A DNA stretch of 62,936 nucleotides, counting the filler, from Octopus bimaculoides (lineage: Eukaryota): assembly GCF_001194135.2 (NCBI RefSeq). It is 8 parts of 7 records of this genome, joined end to end, with 100 filler letters (N's around TTAATTAATTAA, not from the genome) between each part and the next. Parts side by side here need not be neighbours in the genome. Positions count along the whole stretch, not along the records: positions 1 to 14,423 come from NC_068984.1; 7 more parts are not named here. The stretch is one strand, 5' to 3'. The notes beneath the pieces are model-generated. The model was not told the origin of the DNA, searched no databases, and worked only from the letters and a program-made list of their open reading frames with translations. The first letter of the stretch is position 1. Every line of letters begins with the position of its first letter. Of this stretch, positions 1-13,375 are shown piece after piece. The position numbers were made by a program, and so were the translations under genes.

Positions 1-274
1 GTTGAAGAGTATCAGCTTGAAATGTAAAAGACTTTTACTCTTTCCCAAGTGTCAATGAAATATTTGTGCCACACATTAGCTCACTCATGCCATCAAATCG
101 ACAGTATCTGGATAGGTGCTCTGTGTACTACTCGGCAGGTGTCGAAGTGATCACAGAGAAACATGAGACGATGTGCTTTGCTCAAGAACACAATGCACTG
201 CCTGGTCTAGGAATTGAAACCGTGATCAGTAGATCATGAATGCTACACCCTAACCACTAAGTTATGTGCCTTCA
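1..274 (-). mobile_element. tRNA-derived SINE (family E head), cut by the window start
   Basis: Minus strand has A-box TAACTTAGTGGTTAG, B-box GGTTTCAATTCC and a TTCTTGAGCAAAGCAC body motif. Confidence 0.75.
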
Positions 275-562
275 ATAATAATAACATCACAACTCTACAC
301 ACACTAAGACAGACATATAATAACTCTGCTAGACACCACCTACCTGTCTTTGTCTTTTGTTTTTCTCTAAATTTCAAATATATATATATATACATACACA
401 CATACACACACACCATATAGAAAACGTTGCCAGTGACTTCAAAGTTACTGTCAACTTTATCGTGAACATACATTTGAACTACTTAAATGTAAACTGTGAT
501 CCCTCAATAAAATTTTGGCTATTTTTACTTGTTACTGCACATAAAAATAAACACCAACATGT

Positions 563-594
<32 letters not shown>

Positions 595-1772
595 TTCATT
601 TTGCTAAATAATTAAGGAAGGAAAGGCAGCGTTTATATCCCTTTATTTTTTTCAGGGCCTCTGAGACTAATGGGAAATAGGGAAAAGGTTATTCTGAAAC
701 TGGACAGCTGGTTTGAACAGTTGTAATGGCCTGAACTCTGTTAAAGGCATGCAAGACCAGGTAGTAGTCCCAAGAACTCAGAACATGAGGTTGAAACAAA
801 CCCCCACAAAACATCTTTTCAGATGCGCAAACAATTCTACCAATCCACTGCTCCAGACTGGTCTTGTATCCTATCAACCCTAAAAGGTTCAAACAAAGTT
901 TGACCACAGAAGGATTTGAACTCAAAGACCAGAGAGCCAGAACAAATAACACAGTGCATTTTAGCCTGTATTCTAATGACTCTGCGAAATTGCTGAGTAT
1001 GTGGATGAGCCGAAGTACCCCATTATTAAATTTGGTCGTTGAGATACCACAGAAGATTCTGGTTTCATGCAGAGAAGTGAATTAGATGTAAGTCAAGCCC
1101 TTGCTGGGTGTCCTTTTCCATCAGTGGATTTAAGTTTGCCACTATAGCTATCCAAACAAATTCTTTTGTTGTTTTGTGTTGCTGCTGTGAATAGTGTTGT
1201 TGTTGTTGGTGGTGGTGGTAGTGGTATGAAATTGGTTAACTTCAGGATATAATCTTTGGTCCAGTTTGAACATTATTACGAAATATGTTTTCCTTGTAAA
1301 GTGGAAAGGCTGGCAGAAGGATATTTGAAAAAATCCGTATGCTCCATGAGCCAGAAATAATCTTTGTTGAACAATGAGGAATATTTTTTTTCTTTGTTTT
1401 ATAATTTATATAAACAAAGAACTTTCTTTATTATTATTTTTTTTTTATTAAAATGGAAAATTCTGTCATCACTATCTTTTATTTAAAAAATGCATCAATC
1501 ATCAACCTAGTTATCACCACTAGCAGCACTGTCAACTTCATTATTATCACTTTTAATTAACCTCATCATCATCATCATCATCATTGTCGTTGTTATCATC
1601 GTTGTCATCATCATCATCATCATCATCATTTCACCATTTGTTATTTAATTAACAAGCTGGTTAACAAGGAAAAATATCAGATCAAGTCAGATGAAAGAAA
1701 CCAACTTAATCACTTAAATCTGGTTCTCTTGTTATAATGTTTCCAAGCACCTTCTTTGAGGTCTCTTTTTAC

Positions 1773-1828
<56 letters not shown>

Positions 1829-2077
1829 CCTTAATTTATGACACACTTATAGAAACGTTTGTATTCAGTGCCACCAGCACAACTATAAATATTAATTCAA
1901 TAATAGCATCATTAAATTATATTTCTTTTTATAGTGTTGTTATTTTTTGTTTTCCTTTCAATTAACCACGATAGATAAAATTCTTAAATTCTGTTTTGCC
2001 TACCATGTTTGGCTAAAATTTGGCACTGGTCTAAGAAAGTGCCATGATTATTATTCTCATTATCCTCATTACCTAAG

Positions 2078-2252
2078 GCAGCATGGTGGGGAAAATGCTT
2101 AGTGGCATTTCATCCATCTTTGCATTCTGAGCTCAAATTCTGCCATGGTCAACTTTGTCTTTCATCCTTTTGGGGTTGATAAAATAAGTACCAAGGAAAC
2201 ACTGGGGTCGATGTAATCAACTCATCCCCTCTCCCAAAATTTCAGGCCTTGT
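2078..2252 (+). mobile_element. SINE family D
   Basis: AAATGCTTAG...GATAAAATAAGTACC...GGGGTCGATGTAATC shared with about 10 copies in the window. Confidence 0.75.
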
Positions 2253-2255
2253 GTC

Positions 2256-2500
2256 CAGTGCTGGATTAACCCTTAAGCAAAATAAGCCCATGCTTAAGCC
2301 ATCGAGGGAAGGGTAGGCACCAGAGAAATTGTAAATAGTTTATGGCACATTAGAAATCATTTTAAACTTGCTAAAATAAACATTATTGAGTGTGTCTTTC
2401 CAAATGTAGACATTATCATTCATATATTTTTAACATTAATGGTCACAAATTGGTCAGCTAAGCATTCATTTTCACAGTTGTAGTATATTAAAAATCTCAT
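2256..2500. mobile_element. Possible hAT-type non-autonomous element end
   Basis: Begins CAGTGCTGGATTAACC, resembling hAT/Tip100-type termini; no partner TIR found. Confidence 0.3.
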
Positions 2501-2619
2501 CAAAGCAACTATGCAACAAGGCAAGATGAATGCTTTTTTTTTACATAGAAGGGAAGCAGTTGCATTACATAAGATTAATTTTGAAGATCTATTCAAAGAC
2601 TTTACAATTCAAGAAAGTT

Positions 2620-2762
2620 TGGAGTGGTTGGCATTAGGAAGGGCATCCAGCCATAGAAACCATGCCAAATCAGACAGGAACTTAGTGCAGCTCTCCACCT
2701 CACCAGTTCCAGTCAAACAGTCTAACCCACGCCAGCATGGAAAGCAGATTAAATAATGATGA
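2620..2762 (+). mobile_element. Family B repeat, diverged copy
   Basis: GAGTGGTTGGCATTAGGAAGGGCATCCAGC motif with an ATG-repeat tail. Confidence 0.75.
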
Positions 2763-3230
2763 TTATATCTATAATTAGATATATATANNNNNNNNNNNNN
2801 NNNNNNNNNNNNNNNNNNNNNNNNNNNNNNNNNNNNNNNNNNNNNNNNNNNNNNNNNNNNNNNNNNNNNNNNNNNNNNNNNNNNNNNNNNNNNNNNNNNN
2901 NNNNNNNNNNNNNNNNNNNNNNNNNNNNNNNNNNNNNNNNNNNNNNNNNNNNNNNNNNNNNNNNNNNNNNNNNNNNNNNNNNNNNNNNNNNNNNNNNNNN
3001 NNNNNNNNNNNNNNNNNNNNNNNNNNNNNNNNNNNNNNNNNNNNNNNNNNNNNNNNNNNNNNNNNNNNNNNNNNNNNNNNNNNNNNNNNNNNNNNNNNNN
3101 NNNNNNNNNNNNNNNNNNNNNNNNNNNNNNNNNNNNNNNNNNNNNNNNNNNNNNNNNNNNNNNNNNNNNNNNNNNNNNNNNNNNNNNNNNNNNNNNNNNN
3201 NNNNNNNNNNNNNNNNNNNNNNNNNNNNNN

Positions 3231-3472
3231 ATATACATATGTATATATCTATGAAGATGTTCATGTTCATCCCCCACTTCAACTTGACAACTGGTGTTGG
3301 TTTGTTTACGCCCCTGCAATTTAATGGTTTGGCATAAGAGACTCATAAATTAAGTACCAGGATTAAAAAGGAAAAATAAGTACTGATGTTGATTCATTTG
3401 ACAAAAAACCTTTCATGGCAATGCCCCAGCATGACCACAGTCCAATGACTGTAACAAGCAAAAGATAAAAGA
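3231..3472 (+). mobile_element. SINE family A, 3-prime part after a gap
   Basis: TTGACAACTGGTGTTGGTTTGTTTACG...CCAGCATGACCACAGTC...AAAGATAAAAG. Confidence 0.7.
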
Positions 3473-3861
3473 TATTCCACATTCTACTATTCTAAATGAA
3501 GACAGGAGACATGTGAAAATGTGGTGCTTGATATATAAAAAAAAAAGGACGGTTACAGCTGGAAAGCTTTCAATCATAGGGTTGACTAAACAACGACTTG
3601 ATTAAATTCAATACTTGATCAATATCAATACTTGATCAATATTTGATAAGCCAGAAGAAATGTTTACAGAGTTACGTTGACATTGTGTGGACGTCAAGAA
3701 ACTGCATTTTACAGTATGCACACGTATATAGATGTATGTATAAATGTATTTATCTAAAATGTAAATGTATATGTGTATATACATATGAGCTTTTGAAAGT
3801 ATGCATGTATATATGCATACATACATACATGCATACATACATACATACATACATATATACA

Positions 3862-4235
3862 TGTTGCCAGTGCCCCTGGACTGGTTCTTGTGCGGTTGGC
3901 ACATGAGATGCACCATTTTGAGCGTGGCCGTTGCCAGTACCGCCTGACTGGCTCCTGTAGGATTTTCGAGCGAGATCGTTGCCAGTGCCCCTGGACTGGC
4001 TTGTGCGGGTGGCACATAAAAGACACCATTTCGAGCGTGGCCGTTTTCGTGCGGGTGACACGTAAAAGCACCCACTACACTCTCTGAGTGGTTGGCGTTA
4101 GGAAGGGCATCCAGCTGTAGAAACTCTGCCAAATCAGACTGGAGCCTGGTGTTGCCATCCGGTTTCACCAGTCCTCAGTCAAATCGTCCAACCCATGCTA
4201 GCATGGAAAGCGGACGTTAAACGATGATGATGATG
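3862..4235 (+). mobile_element. Family B retro-element 3-prime end, young copy with internal subrepeats
   Basis: GTTGCCAGT occurs three times, followed by a 170-bp terminal part and a (GAT)n tail. Confidence 0.9.
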
Positions 4236-4820
4236 TGTGCGTACATACATACATATGTATAAGTGAGGGTAGAATTTGTATGTGAGTGTGTCTATGAAAG
4301 GTGCTTGAGTACACGTATTTATGTGTATGTGCATATGTCGATTTGTGAATATTTGCATATGCATGAATGTATATCTGCCTCTATACAGTCATTCATCCTG
4401 CTAGAAATAGCAACCCCAAAAAATACCATCTGAAAATCGCCACATCCGGTACGACATTCAACTCACTTGGTTTATCTCTCCTACTACTTTCTGTCTACAT
4501 ATGCATCCACATACAGTTATCTCAATCAAAAGAGAAAGAACATATTAGATGATGTAGTCCTAGATACACACATGCATCTGTCTAAAATGTAGAATAGCCA
4601 TTTGATAGTAGCCCTGATTGATTGAGCTGATGCGTGGCGAAATAATAATACAATAGCAACAAAAATATATAAAAACATAGCCACACCTATGACCCATATT
4701 AATATGTGTGTATATATGTAGATTATCACAAAATTATTATTATTTTAAAAAATAATGCAGTATAGTAAATGACATCGATGAGAAATGGTAATATGGTAGA
4801 TATACTTCACTACAAGTAAA

Positions 4821-5152
4821 GGCTCATGGCATAGTGGTTATGGGTATTCAGCTCATGTCTGTAAGGTCATGAGTTCAATTCCCAGCAGGACACTTTATTT
4901 CGCTTTGCTCCAGTCCACTCAGCTGGCAAAAATTAGTAGTACCTACATTTCAAAGGGCCAGCCTTGTTACATTCTGTGTCATGCCGACTGTCACTGAGAA
5001 CTACGTTGAGGATACATGCTGAATCTCCCTGAGAACTACGTTGAGGTGTCTGTGGAGCACTCAGCCACCACTTGCACTTTAATTTCACAAGCAGGTTGTT
5101 CTGTTGATCGGATAAATTAGAACTCTTGTGATTGTAAATGACAGAGTGCCAG
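4821..5152 (+). mobile_element. tRNA-derived SINE (E-type head plus C-type body)
   Basis: A/B boxes TGGCATAGTGG and GAGTTCAATTCCC; body shared with 22490-22748; internal duplication of CTGAGAACTACGTTGAGG. Confidence 0.8.
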
Positions 5153-5185
5153 TTCACTGCAGATTTGTTACACATCGACAACATA

Positions 5186-5349
5186 GGCGTAGGAGTGGCT
5201 GTGTGGTAAGTAGCTTGCTTGCCAACCACATGGTTCCAGGTTCAGTCCCACTGCGTGGCACCTTGGGCAAGTGTCTTTTACTTATAGCCTCGGGCTGACC
5301 AAAGCCTTGTGAGTGGATTTGGTAGACAGAAACTGAAAGAAGCTCGTCG

Positions 5350-5382
<33 letters not shown>

Positions 5383-5600
5383 GTGTGTGTTTGTGTGTCT
5401 GTGTTTGTCCCCCTAACATCGTTTCCAAGTGATACAGGTGTGTTTACGTCCTCGTAACTTAGCGGTTCAGCAAAAGAGACCAATAGAATAAGTACTAGGC
5501 TTACAAGGAATAAGTCCTGGGTTCGATTTGCTCGACTAAATGCGGTGCTCCAGCATGGCCGCAGTCAAATGACTGAAACAAGTAAAAGAGTAAAAGAGAG
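5186..5600 (+). mobile_element. SINE family A, full length
   Basis: A-box TGGCTGTGTGG, B-box GGTTCAGTCCC, internal (TA)/(TG) tract and a GTAAAAGA-repeat tail. Confidence 0.9.
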
Positions 5601-6148
5601 TATGTAACGATAAAAAAAGACAACAGAAGCTAAAGCAATAGTACTGTATATGTGTATGTGTATGTGTCTGTGTGTGTGCATGTGTGTCTGCTTGCATGTG
5701 TGCATGCATGCATATATTTAGCTGCCTGAATAAACACATGGATGCAGGGAAACTCAGAGTACCAACTGAGCAAATCATCAGCTCTGAAGAAATACATAAA
5801 TTTCATGATACATATTAAATACATTTTCTCCCATTCTCACATATATAAAAAAAAGCATGCGCGTTATATACACGTAAATAAATATATATATACCTACATA
5901 TACATATATGAGTGTGTGTGTGTATGAGTGTGTGTGTATATATGAGTGTGTATGTATGTATTATTTCTGTTCCACGTGATTGTTTCAATGAAGCACAAAA
6001 CATGATTACTGTATCTGTATATTTTGCTGGTCTTAGTGATTCTACATTGCTCTTTATATGTTTATTTCAGTTCTATTCACTCGATCTTTAAATCAAGTTT
6101 ATATATATGTGTATACATGTGTTGTGTGTGTCTGAGAGATAGAGAGAG

Positions 6149-6181
<33 letters not shown>

Positions 6182-6399
6182 ATACTTAGATGGAATTTTA
6201 ACCAAAAACCTAGAACAAGTGGTTTTATACTGATACTAGGTTTTCAATTTAAATTCCATCAAAATATTTATTTTCTACTTTTCCAGTGTTGAGCACATAC
6301 ATACATACATACATACATACATACATAATCATCATCATTATTCAGTGGGTTACAGTTCTAACACTGGAAAAGGAAACAGATAATAAAATATCAATAAGA

Positions 6400-6542
6400 A
6401 AGCATGACTGGGTGGTTAAGAAACTCACTTTCCTATCACGTGATTTCAAGTTCAATCCCATTTCATGGTGTACCTTGAACAAGTGTCTTCTACTACAACC
6501 CTAGGTGAGTGAATTTCGTAGATGGAAACTGAGTGGAAGCCC

Positions 6543-6582
<40 letters not shown>

Positions 6583-6785
6583 CAGAGAGAGAGAGAGAAG
6601 GAGAGGTGGGTGTGTTTCTTTCTCTTTGTGTTGCTCCTCCCCCATTTGACAACTGATGTTGGTTTGTTTACATTTCCCAGAACTTAGTAGTTCAACAAAA
6701 AAGACCAACAGAAAAAAATCCCAGACTTTAAAACAAATCAAAATTTGGTATTAAACTAAATTCTTCAAAGTAGTGAACCTGCATG
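6400..6785 (+). mobile_element. SINE family A, decayed
   Basis: Recognisable head, GAAACTGAGTGGAAGCCC and TTGACAACTGATGTTGG segments. Confidence 0.6.
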
Positions 6786-7055
6786 GAAACAGTCCCATGA
6801 TAAAAAAAACAAACACAAAAGTCCTCTCCACAAATAACTGAACCCCTAACCCTATATTCATGTTTCAAAATGTTATTAGTAAAAGTAGGTTATGGTGGCC
6901 ATACTAGAGCAGGTTGTCTGAACACAATGTATGTAGACCAACTCACCAAAGACATCAGATGCCCCCTTGAAGACCTACCTCAACTAATGCAGGATGGTGT
7001 GCATGGGTTAAAAATGTCCAAACAAGCTTGACCAAATGACGATGAGGCTACAATC

Positions 7056-7510
7056 ATCATCATCATCATCATTTAACGTCTGCTTTCCATGCTAGGATGG
7101 GTTGGACGATTTGACTGAGGACTGGTGAACCAGATGGCTACACCAGGCTCCAATCTGATTTGGCAGAGTTTCTACAGCTGGATGCCCTTCCTAACGTCAA
7201 CCACTCCGAGAGTGTAGTGAGTGCTTTTACGTGCCACTGGCACAAAGGCCAGTCAGGCGGTACTGGCAACGGCCACGCTCAAAATGGTGTATTTCACATG
7301 CCACCTGCACAGGAGCCAGTCCAGCGGGACTGGCAACGATCTCGCTCGAATGTCTTTACATGTGCCACTGGCACAAGTGCCAGGAGGGTGACACTGGGCA
7401 CAGGTGCCGTCACGATTTCGCTTTCACTTGCCCCAACAGGTCTTCACAAACTGAGTTTCGTGTCCAATGAAGGAGACGACGTTGGCATGGGTGCCAGTCG
7501 TCGAATTTAG
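7056..7510 (-). mobile_element. Family B copy
   Basis: Reverse complement of the 3862-4235 type, with a (CAT)n tail at about 7056. Confidence 0.85.
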
Positions 7511-8069
7511 TTCGATGATTTTTATTTTAGCTATTGGATAAGTGAATGTATTATTACACCTCTGGTATTCAGATTACTCTGTCAAATGAAATACTAATTT
7601 ATTCACATTGTTTTGAATTGATCATGTATTATCTTGTAGCTTTGAGGTGTGATTGTATATGACGGTACATTTTGATTGCATGTTTTTAGAATGACATTTG
7701 TTGGGTAGGTGTGAGAGGCAGAATCTGGTCAGTTTGAACTGGCTATAGCTGGTTTAAATGCTAAAGGGTGAAGCTGATTGTCAGAGCTGGACAAATTTTA
7801 AACAATATTTACATATAAGTAGCGTAGACATGAGTACTGAACAGAAAATGTTCCATCTCAGAAAATGAGGTTAATTGTCTAAGAAGAATTAATATTTATT
7901 GACAAGAATAATAACTTATCTTAAGACATTTAGGTCATGGTATTCCAAGAAATGTTATATCAGTTTTGGTATTCCATAGAAAAAAAAAAAGAAAACTATT
8001 ATTTGGGTTACAGTATTCTATAAAAATGCCAATACTTCAGCAATACAGCATTCAATGGCAAAACCAAGA

Positions 8070-8468
8070 ATGGATGATGACACTGATGATGATAATGATG
8101 ATGATGATGATGATGAAGATGAGGAGGATGAGGAAGATGATAACTATGATGATGATGATGATAATAATGTCAATTACAAATATAATGGAAGACAGAAAGA
8201 ACAATGATGAAGATACTAATACTAACAATGATGGTTAGGATAATGGCAATGATGATGGTGATGAGGATGATAAGGACAATCAGGATGATGATGATGATGA
8301 TGATGTCGACAATGGTAATCATCATCATCATCATCATTATCATCATATGGTGAGTACGGTGTGGATTTTTAAGTTTTAAAAGTAAAAGTAGGCCATGTGT
8401 TATTTAACAAAATGCCTACACTACATGGCAGTATTGTTGAAGAAGAATAATAATAATAATAATAATAA

Positions 8469-8530
<62 letters not shown>

Positions 8531-8628
8531 CGACGACGACGACGACAACGACGACGATGATGATGATGACAATGATGATGTGAAGAAGAAGAAGAAGGTC
8601 GTGGTGGCGGTGGTGGTGACAGCAATGG

Positions 8629-8676
<48 letters not shown>

Positions 8677-8940
8677 CAATGATGATGATGATGATGATGA
8701 TGATGACGACGATGATGATGATGATGATGATGATGACGACGATGATGATGATGATGATGCTGACAATGATGATGATGACATACCTAAGGTGATAGCAACA
8801 ATGACAAATATGATGACTATAGCAATAATGGTGGCGATAGTAGTAGTGGTGGTGGTGGTGGTGGTGGTGGTGGTGGTGATGGTGATGGTGATGATGATGG
8901 TGGCGGCGGCAATGGAGGGAGTAGTAATAATGATAACGCT
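8070..8940. repeat. Compound trinucleotide microsatellite (GAT/AAT/GAC/GGT)
   Basis: Direct inspection; it generates the poly-M/H/S/D ORFs. Confidence 0.95.
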
Positions 8941-9173
8941 GACCTACAGAGGAAAAAGTAAATTGGTGAAAGTAAGTCATTTAAAGAATAAGTATATCAG
9001 CTCGTTTGGAGAGTTGGAATGAAGGATACAAATTACTAGGCTTAACGGGAAAGATGACAACAGCTGGCAGTGGAAGATGAAAGAAAAGAGTGAAGAAAAC
9101 GAATGCACAGTTCAAATGATGTCAAAATTAATGACTATGTGAATTGATGGGTATATTAGCGTATATAAATACA

Positions 9174-9220
<47 letters not shown>

Positions 9221-9230
9221 NNNNNNNNNN

Positions 9231-9269
<39 letters not shown>

Positions 9270-9570
9270 TGTGTGTGTGTGTGTATATATCTAAGGTCAT
9301 GCACATATCTATTTAGTCATAAATTCGATTATCATTTGTTAATGTGTCAGTGTGTCTGTATATGTACACACACACACACACACACATATGCATACACGCA
9401 TACACAGATAGATACATAGATAGATATACATATAATTAAACAAATAGATATATAGATAGATATACAGACATGTATGTCTGTTCTTCTCTGTCTCTTAATT
9501 TAGAGAAGATTTTGATCGGCTACCAACTTGGTAGCAAGGTTATGAAGGAAAGCATTTTGCTTTGTTCATC

Positions 9571-9794
9571 ATCTCTTTTACTCTTTTACTTGTTTAAGTC
9601 ATTTGACTGCGGCCATGCTGGAGCACTGCCTTTAGTCGAAGAAATCGACCTCAGGACTTATTCTTTGTAAGCCTAGTACTTATTCTATCGGTTCTCTTTT
9701 GCCGCACTGCTAAGTTACGGGGACGTAAACACACCACCATCGGTTGTCAAGCGATGTTGGGGGGACAAACACAGACACACAAACATATACACAT

Positions 9795-9869
<75 letters not shown>

Positions 9870-10015
9870 CGACGGACTTCTTTCAGTTTCACAAGGCTTT
9901 GGTCGGCCCGAGGCTATAGCAGAAGACTCTTGCCCAAGGTGCTATGCAGTGGGACTGAACCCGGAATCATGTGGTTGGTAAGCAAGCTACTTATCACACA
10001 GCCACTCCTGTGCCT
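9571..10015 (-). mobile_element. SINE family A, full length
   Basis: Reverse complement of the 5186-5600 type, with an expanded (CA)n tract. Confidence 0.9.
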
Positions 10016-10076
10016 ATAAATCTTAAGAAGGTCTTGCTTATTTTTAGAGTCTCAGATACTATGATCATTTGTAGTG

Positions 10077-10235
10077 TTATAAATTAAGGCTCTGCGTTCT
10101 CCCCCACAAGGACTCATGTTTGGCCATACCTCGCTCCAGATGGGTTGGTACGTATCCTGTTGTGCCAATAATAACGGGTATGAAGCTGAAAGTGTATCTT
10201 GGGTACTGGATTTGCAAACTCCTTATTAATGGTCT
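10077..10235 (-). mobile_element. REL-endonuclease non-LTR retrotransposon C-terminal fragment (R2/R4/NeSL group)
   Basis: YRPLIRSLQIQYPRYTFSFIPVIIGTTGYVPTHL matches the Y..L.......PI.IG..G..P motif. Confidence 0.6.
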
Positions 10236-10244
10236 GTAGATATA

Positions 10245-10301
10245 CCCTATGTATGTATGTATGTGTGTATGGATGGATGGATGTGTGAGAGAGAGAGGCA
10301 G

Positions 10302-10343
<42 letters not shown>

Positions 10344-10564
10344 CGAGAAAGAGAGAGAGAGAGGAGCAGAGCCAGAGAGTGAGACAGAGAGAGAGAGGAG
10401 GCAGAGAGAGAGATAGGCAGAGAGAGAGAGAGAGAGAGGCAGATATATAGAGAGCAATAGGTAAAGACAGATAGATAGATAGATAGATAGATAGACAGAC
10501 AGACAAACAGACAGGCAAGCAGACATATAGACAGACAGACTGAGACATAGATAGATAGACAGAC

Positions 10565-10608
<44 letters not shown>

Positions 10609-10636
10609 AGCTGGATGGATGGATGGATGGACAGAC

Positions 10637-10668
<32 letters not shown>

Positions 10669-10715
10669 TGATAGATAGATAGATAGATAGAAATACTCAA
10701 ACAGCCAGATATAGA
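10245..10715. repeat. Compound GATA/GA/GACA/GGAT microsatellite
   Basis: Direct inspection. Confidence 0.95.
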
Positions 10716-11122
10716 TATGTAGAGACAGGTAAGCAATGAGATTGTAGAGAAACAGCTTTATTGAATCACATTTAAATAGTTGGGTAGTTTTATTCTTCAA
10801 AATTGAAACCATACCAGAACTAACTCTTAGAGAGACAAAAAAAAAACAAATAAGAAAGAAAGAAAGAAAATCTCTTCAAAAAATAAATACACTCAGACAT
10901 ACTTACACATAGATGAGAGAGAAAGCGATGAAGAGAGAGAGAGAGAGAGAGAGAAAGAGAAAAGCAGAATTGAATTGGCTTTTACTAGTCAGAGGTGCAG
11001 AACTAGAACCATCCTCTGGGACAGAGCTTACAGAACATATCACATTTACCTTCTCTGTTTCTATGTCTGCTTCTCTTCTCTCTTTCCCTTTCCCTCTCTC
11101 TTTCACTCCCTCTCTCTCTCTC

Positions 11123-11293
11123 AAGCACCCACTACACTCTCTGAGTGGTTGGCGTTAGGAAGGGCATCCAGCTGTAGAAACTCTGCCAAATCAGACTGGA
11201 GCCTGGTGTTGCCATCCGGTTTCACCAGTCCTCAGTCAAATCGTCCAACACATGCTAGCATGGAAAGCGGACGTTAAACGATGATGATGATGA
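11123..11293 (+). mobile_element. Family B terminal part, young copy
   Basis: One mismatch to 4066-4235. Confidence 0.9.
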
Positions 11294-11657
11294 TATATAT
11301 ATATATATATATATTGAGAGAGTGTGAGAGAGAGCTATACATATACAGATATATAGACAGTTGATAGGAAATGGAATTAGCAACATTCTTTATTTTTTTA
11401 AGTCACTACAATTGTTTCGACACATTCTTTCACCTTTAGTACATAGGTGAGATGTTGTACAATCATTATCTTACATCCAAAGGTGTAAAATGTGCCTCCT
11501 CGGTTGATTGTTTAAATAATTTCTTTATTAGATTCCTCTCACCATTTCACCCAGTCTTATAATCAAGATCCTCAGTGATGTGACATTTCCAGCAGTTTAC
11601 AGCAGACAAACTTTGCATAACATACCATTCTACAAAGTTTTTACCCAAATCTTACTT

Positions 11658-11691
<34 letters not shown>

Positions 11692-11695
<4 letters not shown>

Positions 11696-11845
11696 TCTTT
11701 ACTCTTTTACCCTTTTACTTGTTTCAGTCATTTGACTGTGGCCATGCTGGAGCACCGCCTTTAGTCGAGCAAATAGACCCCAGGACTTATTCTTTGTAAG
11801 CCTAGTACTTATTCTATCGGTCTCTTATGCCGAACCGCTAAGTTA
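11692..11845 (-). mobile_element. SINE family A, 3-prime part cut by a gap
   Basis: TTTTACTTGTTTCAGTCATTTGACTG...GCCTAGTACTTATTCTATCGG. Confidence 0.85.
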
Positions 11846-12364
11846 NNNNNNNNNNNNNNNNNNNNNNNNNNNNNNNNNNNNNNNNNNNNNNNNNNNNNNN
11901 NNNNNNNNNNNNNNNNNNNNNNNNNNNNNNNNNNNNNNNNNNNNNNNNNNNNNNNNNNNNNNNNNNNNNNNNNNNNNNNNNNNNNNNNNNNNNNNNNNNN
12001 NNNNNNNNNNNNNNNNNNNNNNNNNNNNNNNNNNNNNNNNNNNNNNNNNNNNNNNNNNNNNNNNNNNNNNNNNNNNNNNNNNNNNNNNNNNNNNNNNNNN
12101 NNNNNNNNNNNNNNNNNNNNNNNNNNNNNNNNNNNNNNNNNNNNNNNNNNNNNNNNNNNNNNNNNNNNNNNNNNNNNNNNNNNNNNNNNNNNNNNNNNNN
12201 NNNNNNNNNNNNNNNNNNNNNNNNNNNNNNNNNNNNNNNNNNNNNNNNNNNNNNNNNNNNNNNNNNNNNNNNNNNNNNNNNNNNNNNNNNNNNNNNNNNN
12301 NNNNNNNNNNNNNNNNNNNNNNNNNNNNNNNNNNNNNNNNNNNNNNNNNNNNNNNNNNNNNNNN

Positions 12365-12440
<76 letters not shown>

Positions 12441-12605
12441 CGTGTGCATTTCAATGCATATATATAATGTATATAATGTTGTGGGGTGATAAGTCAATAC
12501 TACCAACCTTAGTATTTGGCTGGTATTTTATTTTATCCACCCTTGTGGGATTTGAACTCAGGGCGTTTTTTTCTAGCACTCCAGTGATTCTGACAAAACA
12601 CTGCA

Positions 12606-12670
12606 ATGATGATGATGATGATGATGATGGAAAAAATGATGGTGAGGAAAATGATGATAATGATGATGAA

Positions 12671-12714
<44 letters not shown>

Positions 12715-12745
12715 CGATGACGACGATGATTATAATGATGATGCT
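12606..12745. repeat. (GAT)n microsatellite
   Basis: Direct inspection. Confidence 0.95.
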
Positions 12746-12810
12746 ATACGTAAATAAATATATAGATGAAAAACAAAATGTCCTGCTGTATCAGACGAAA
12801 ATCCAAATTA

Positions 12811-12877
12811 TATATAATTATATATGCTTATATAATTATATATGCTTATATAATTATATATGCTTATATAATTATAT
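12811..12877. repeat. 18-bp tandem repeat TATATAATTATATATGCT, about 3.7 copies
   Basis: Three exact units at 12811, 12829 and 12847 plus a partial one. Confidence 0.9.
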
Positions 12878-13145
12878 CTGCTGATCAGACAGATATCTGT
12901 GATATTACATGAGCGAAAATGTATAAGATCTAGACTTAAATGCTATTTCAAGCAACTTATTCTTTTAACAAAAACAGACACACAGTAGTTGTAGTAGTAG
13001 TAGTAGTAGTAATGGTAGTAGCAGCAGCAGTAGCAGCAGCAGTAGCATCTGCAGTAATGGTTGATTTATAGCCTTGTGCAATAAAAGAAAAAGAGGAAAA
13101 AATAATCTGAAATAGTATATATATACACACACACACACATATATA

Positions 13146-13375
13146 TTCATCATCATCATCATCGTTTAACGTCCGCTTTCCATGCTAGCATGGGTTGGAC
13201 GATTTGACTGAGGACTGGTGAAACCGGATGGCAACACCAGGCTCCAGTCTGATTTGGCAGAGTTTCTACAGCTGGATGCCCTTCCTAACGCCAACCACTC
13301 AGAGAGTGTAGTGGGTGCTTTTACGTGTCACCCGCACGAAAACGGCCACGCTCGAAATGGTGTCTTTTATGTGCC
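13146..13375 (-). mobile_element. Family B copy, young, cut by a gap
   Basis: 13146-13320 is identical by eye to the reverse complement of 4066-4235. Confidence 0.9.

Noticed and set aside
656-760. Exon-like segment with a good acceptor and donor
   Set aside because: All three frames contain stops.
1281-1365. Chromodomain-like FLVKWKGW
   Set aside because: A stop follows within five codons, EPE is in another frame and there is no exon context.
11400-11450. Minus-strand GAAACAATTGTA palindrome, resembling hammerhead helix III
   Set aside because: The CUGANGA core is absent (CTAAAGG) and there is no stem I.
12811-12877. CRISPR-like or operator array
   Set aside because: A plain tandem repeat without spacers in eukaryotic DNA.
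13208-13240. CTGAGGA...GAAACCGG in family B, resembling a hammerhead
   Set aside because: No stem I complement, helix III is not closed by U and there is no valid UH.
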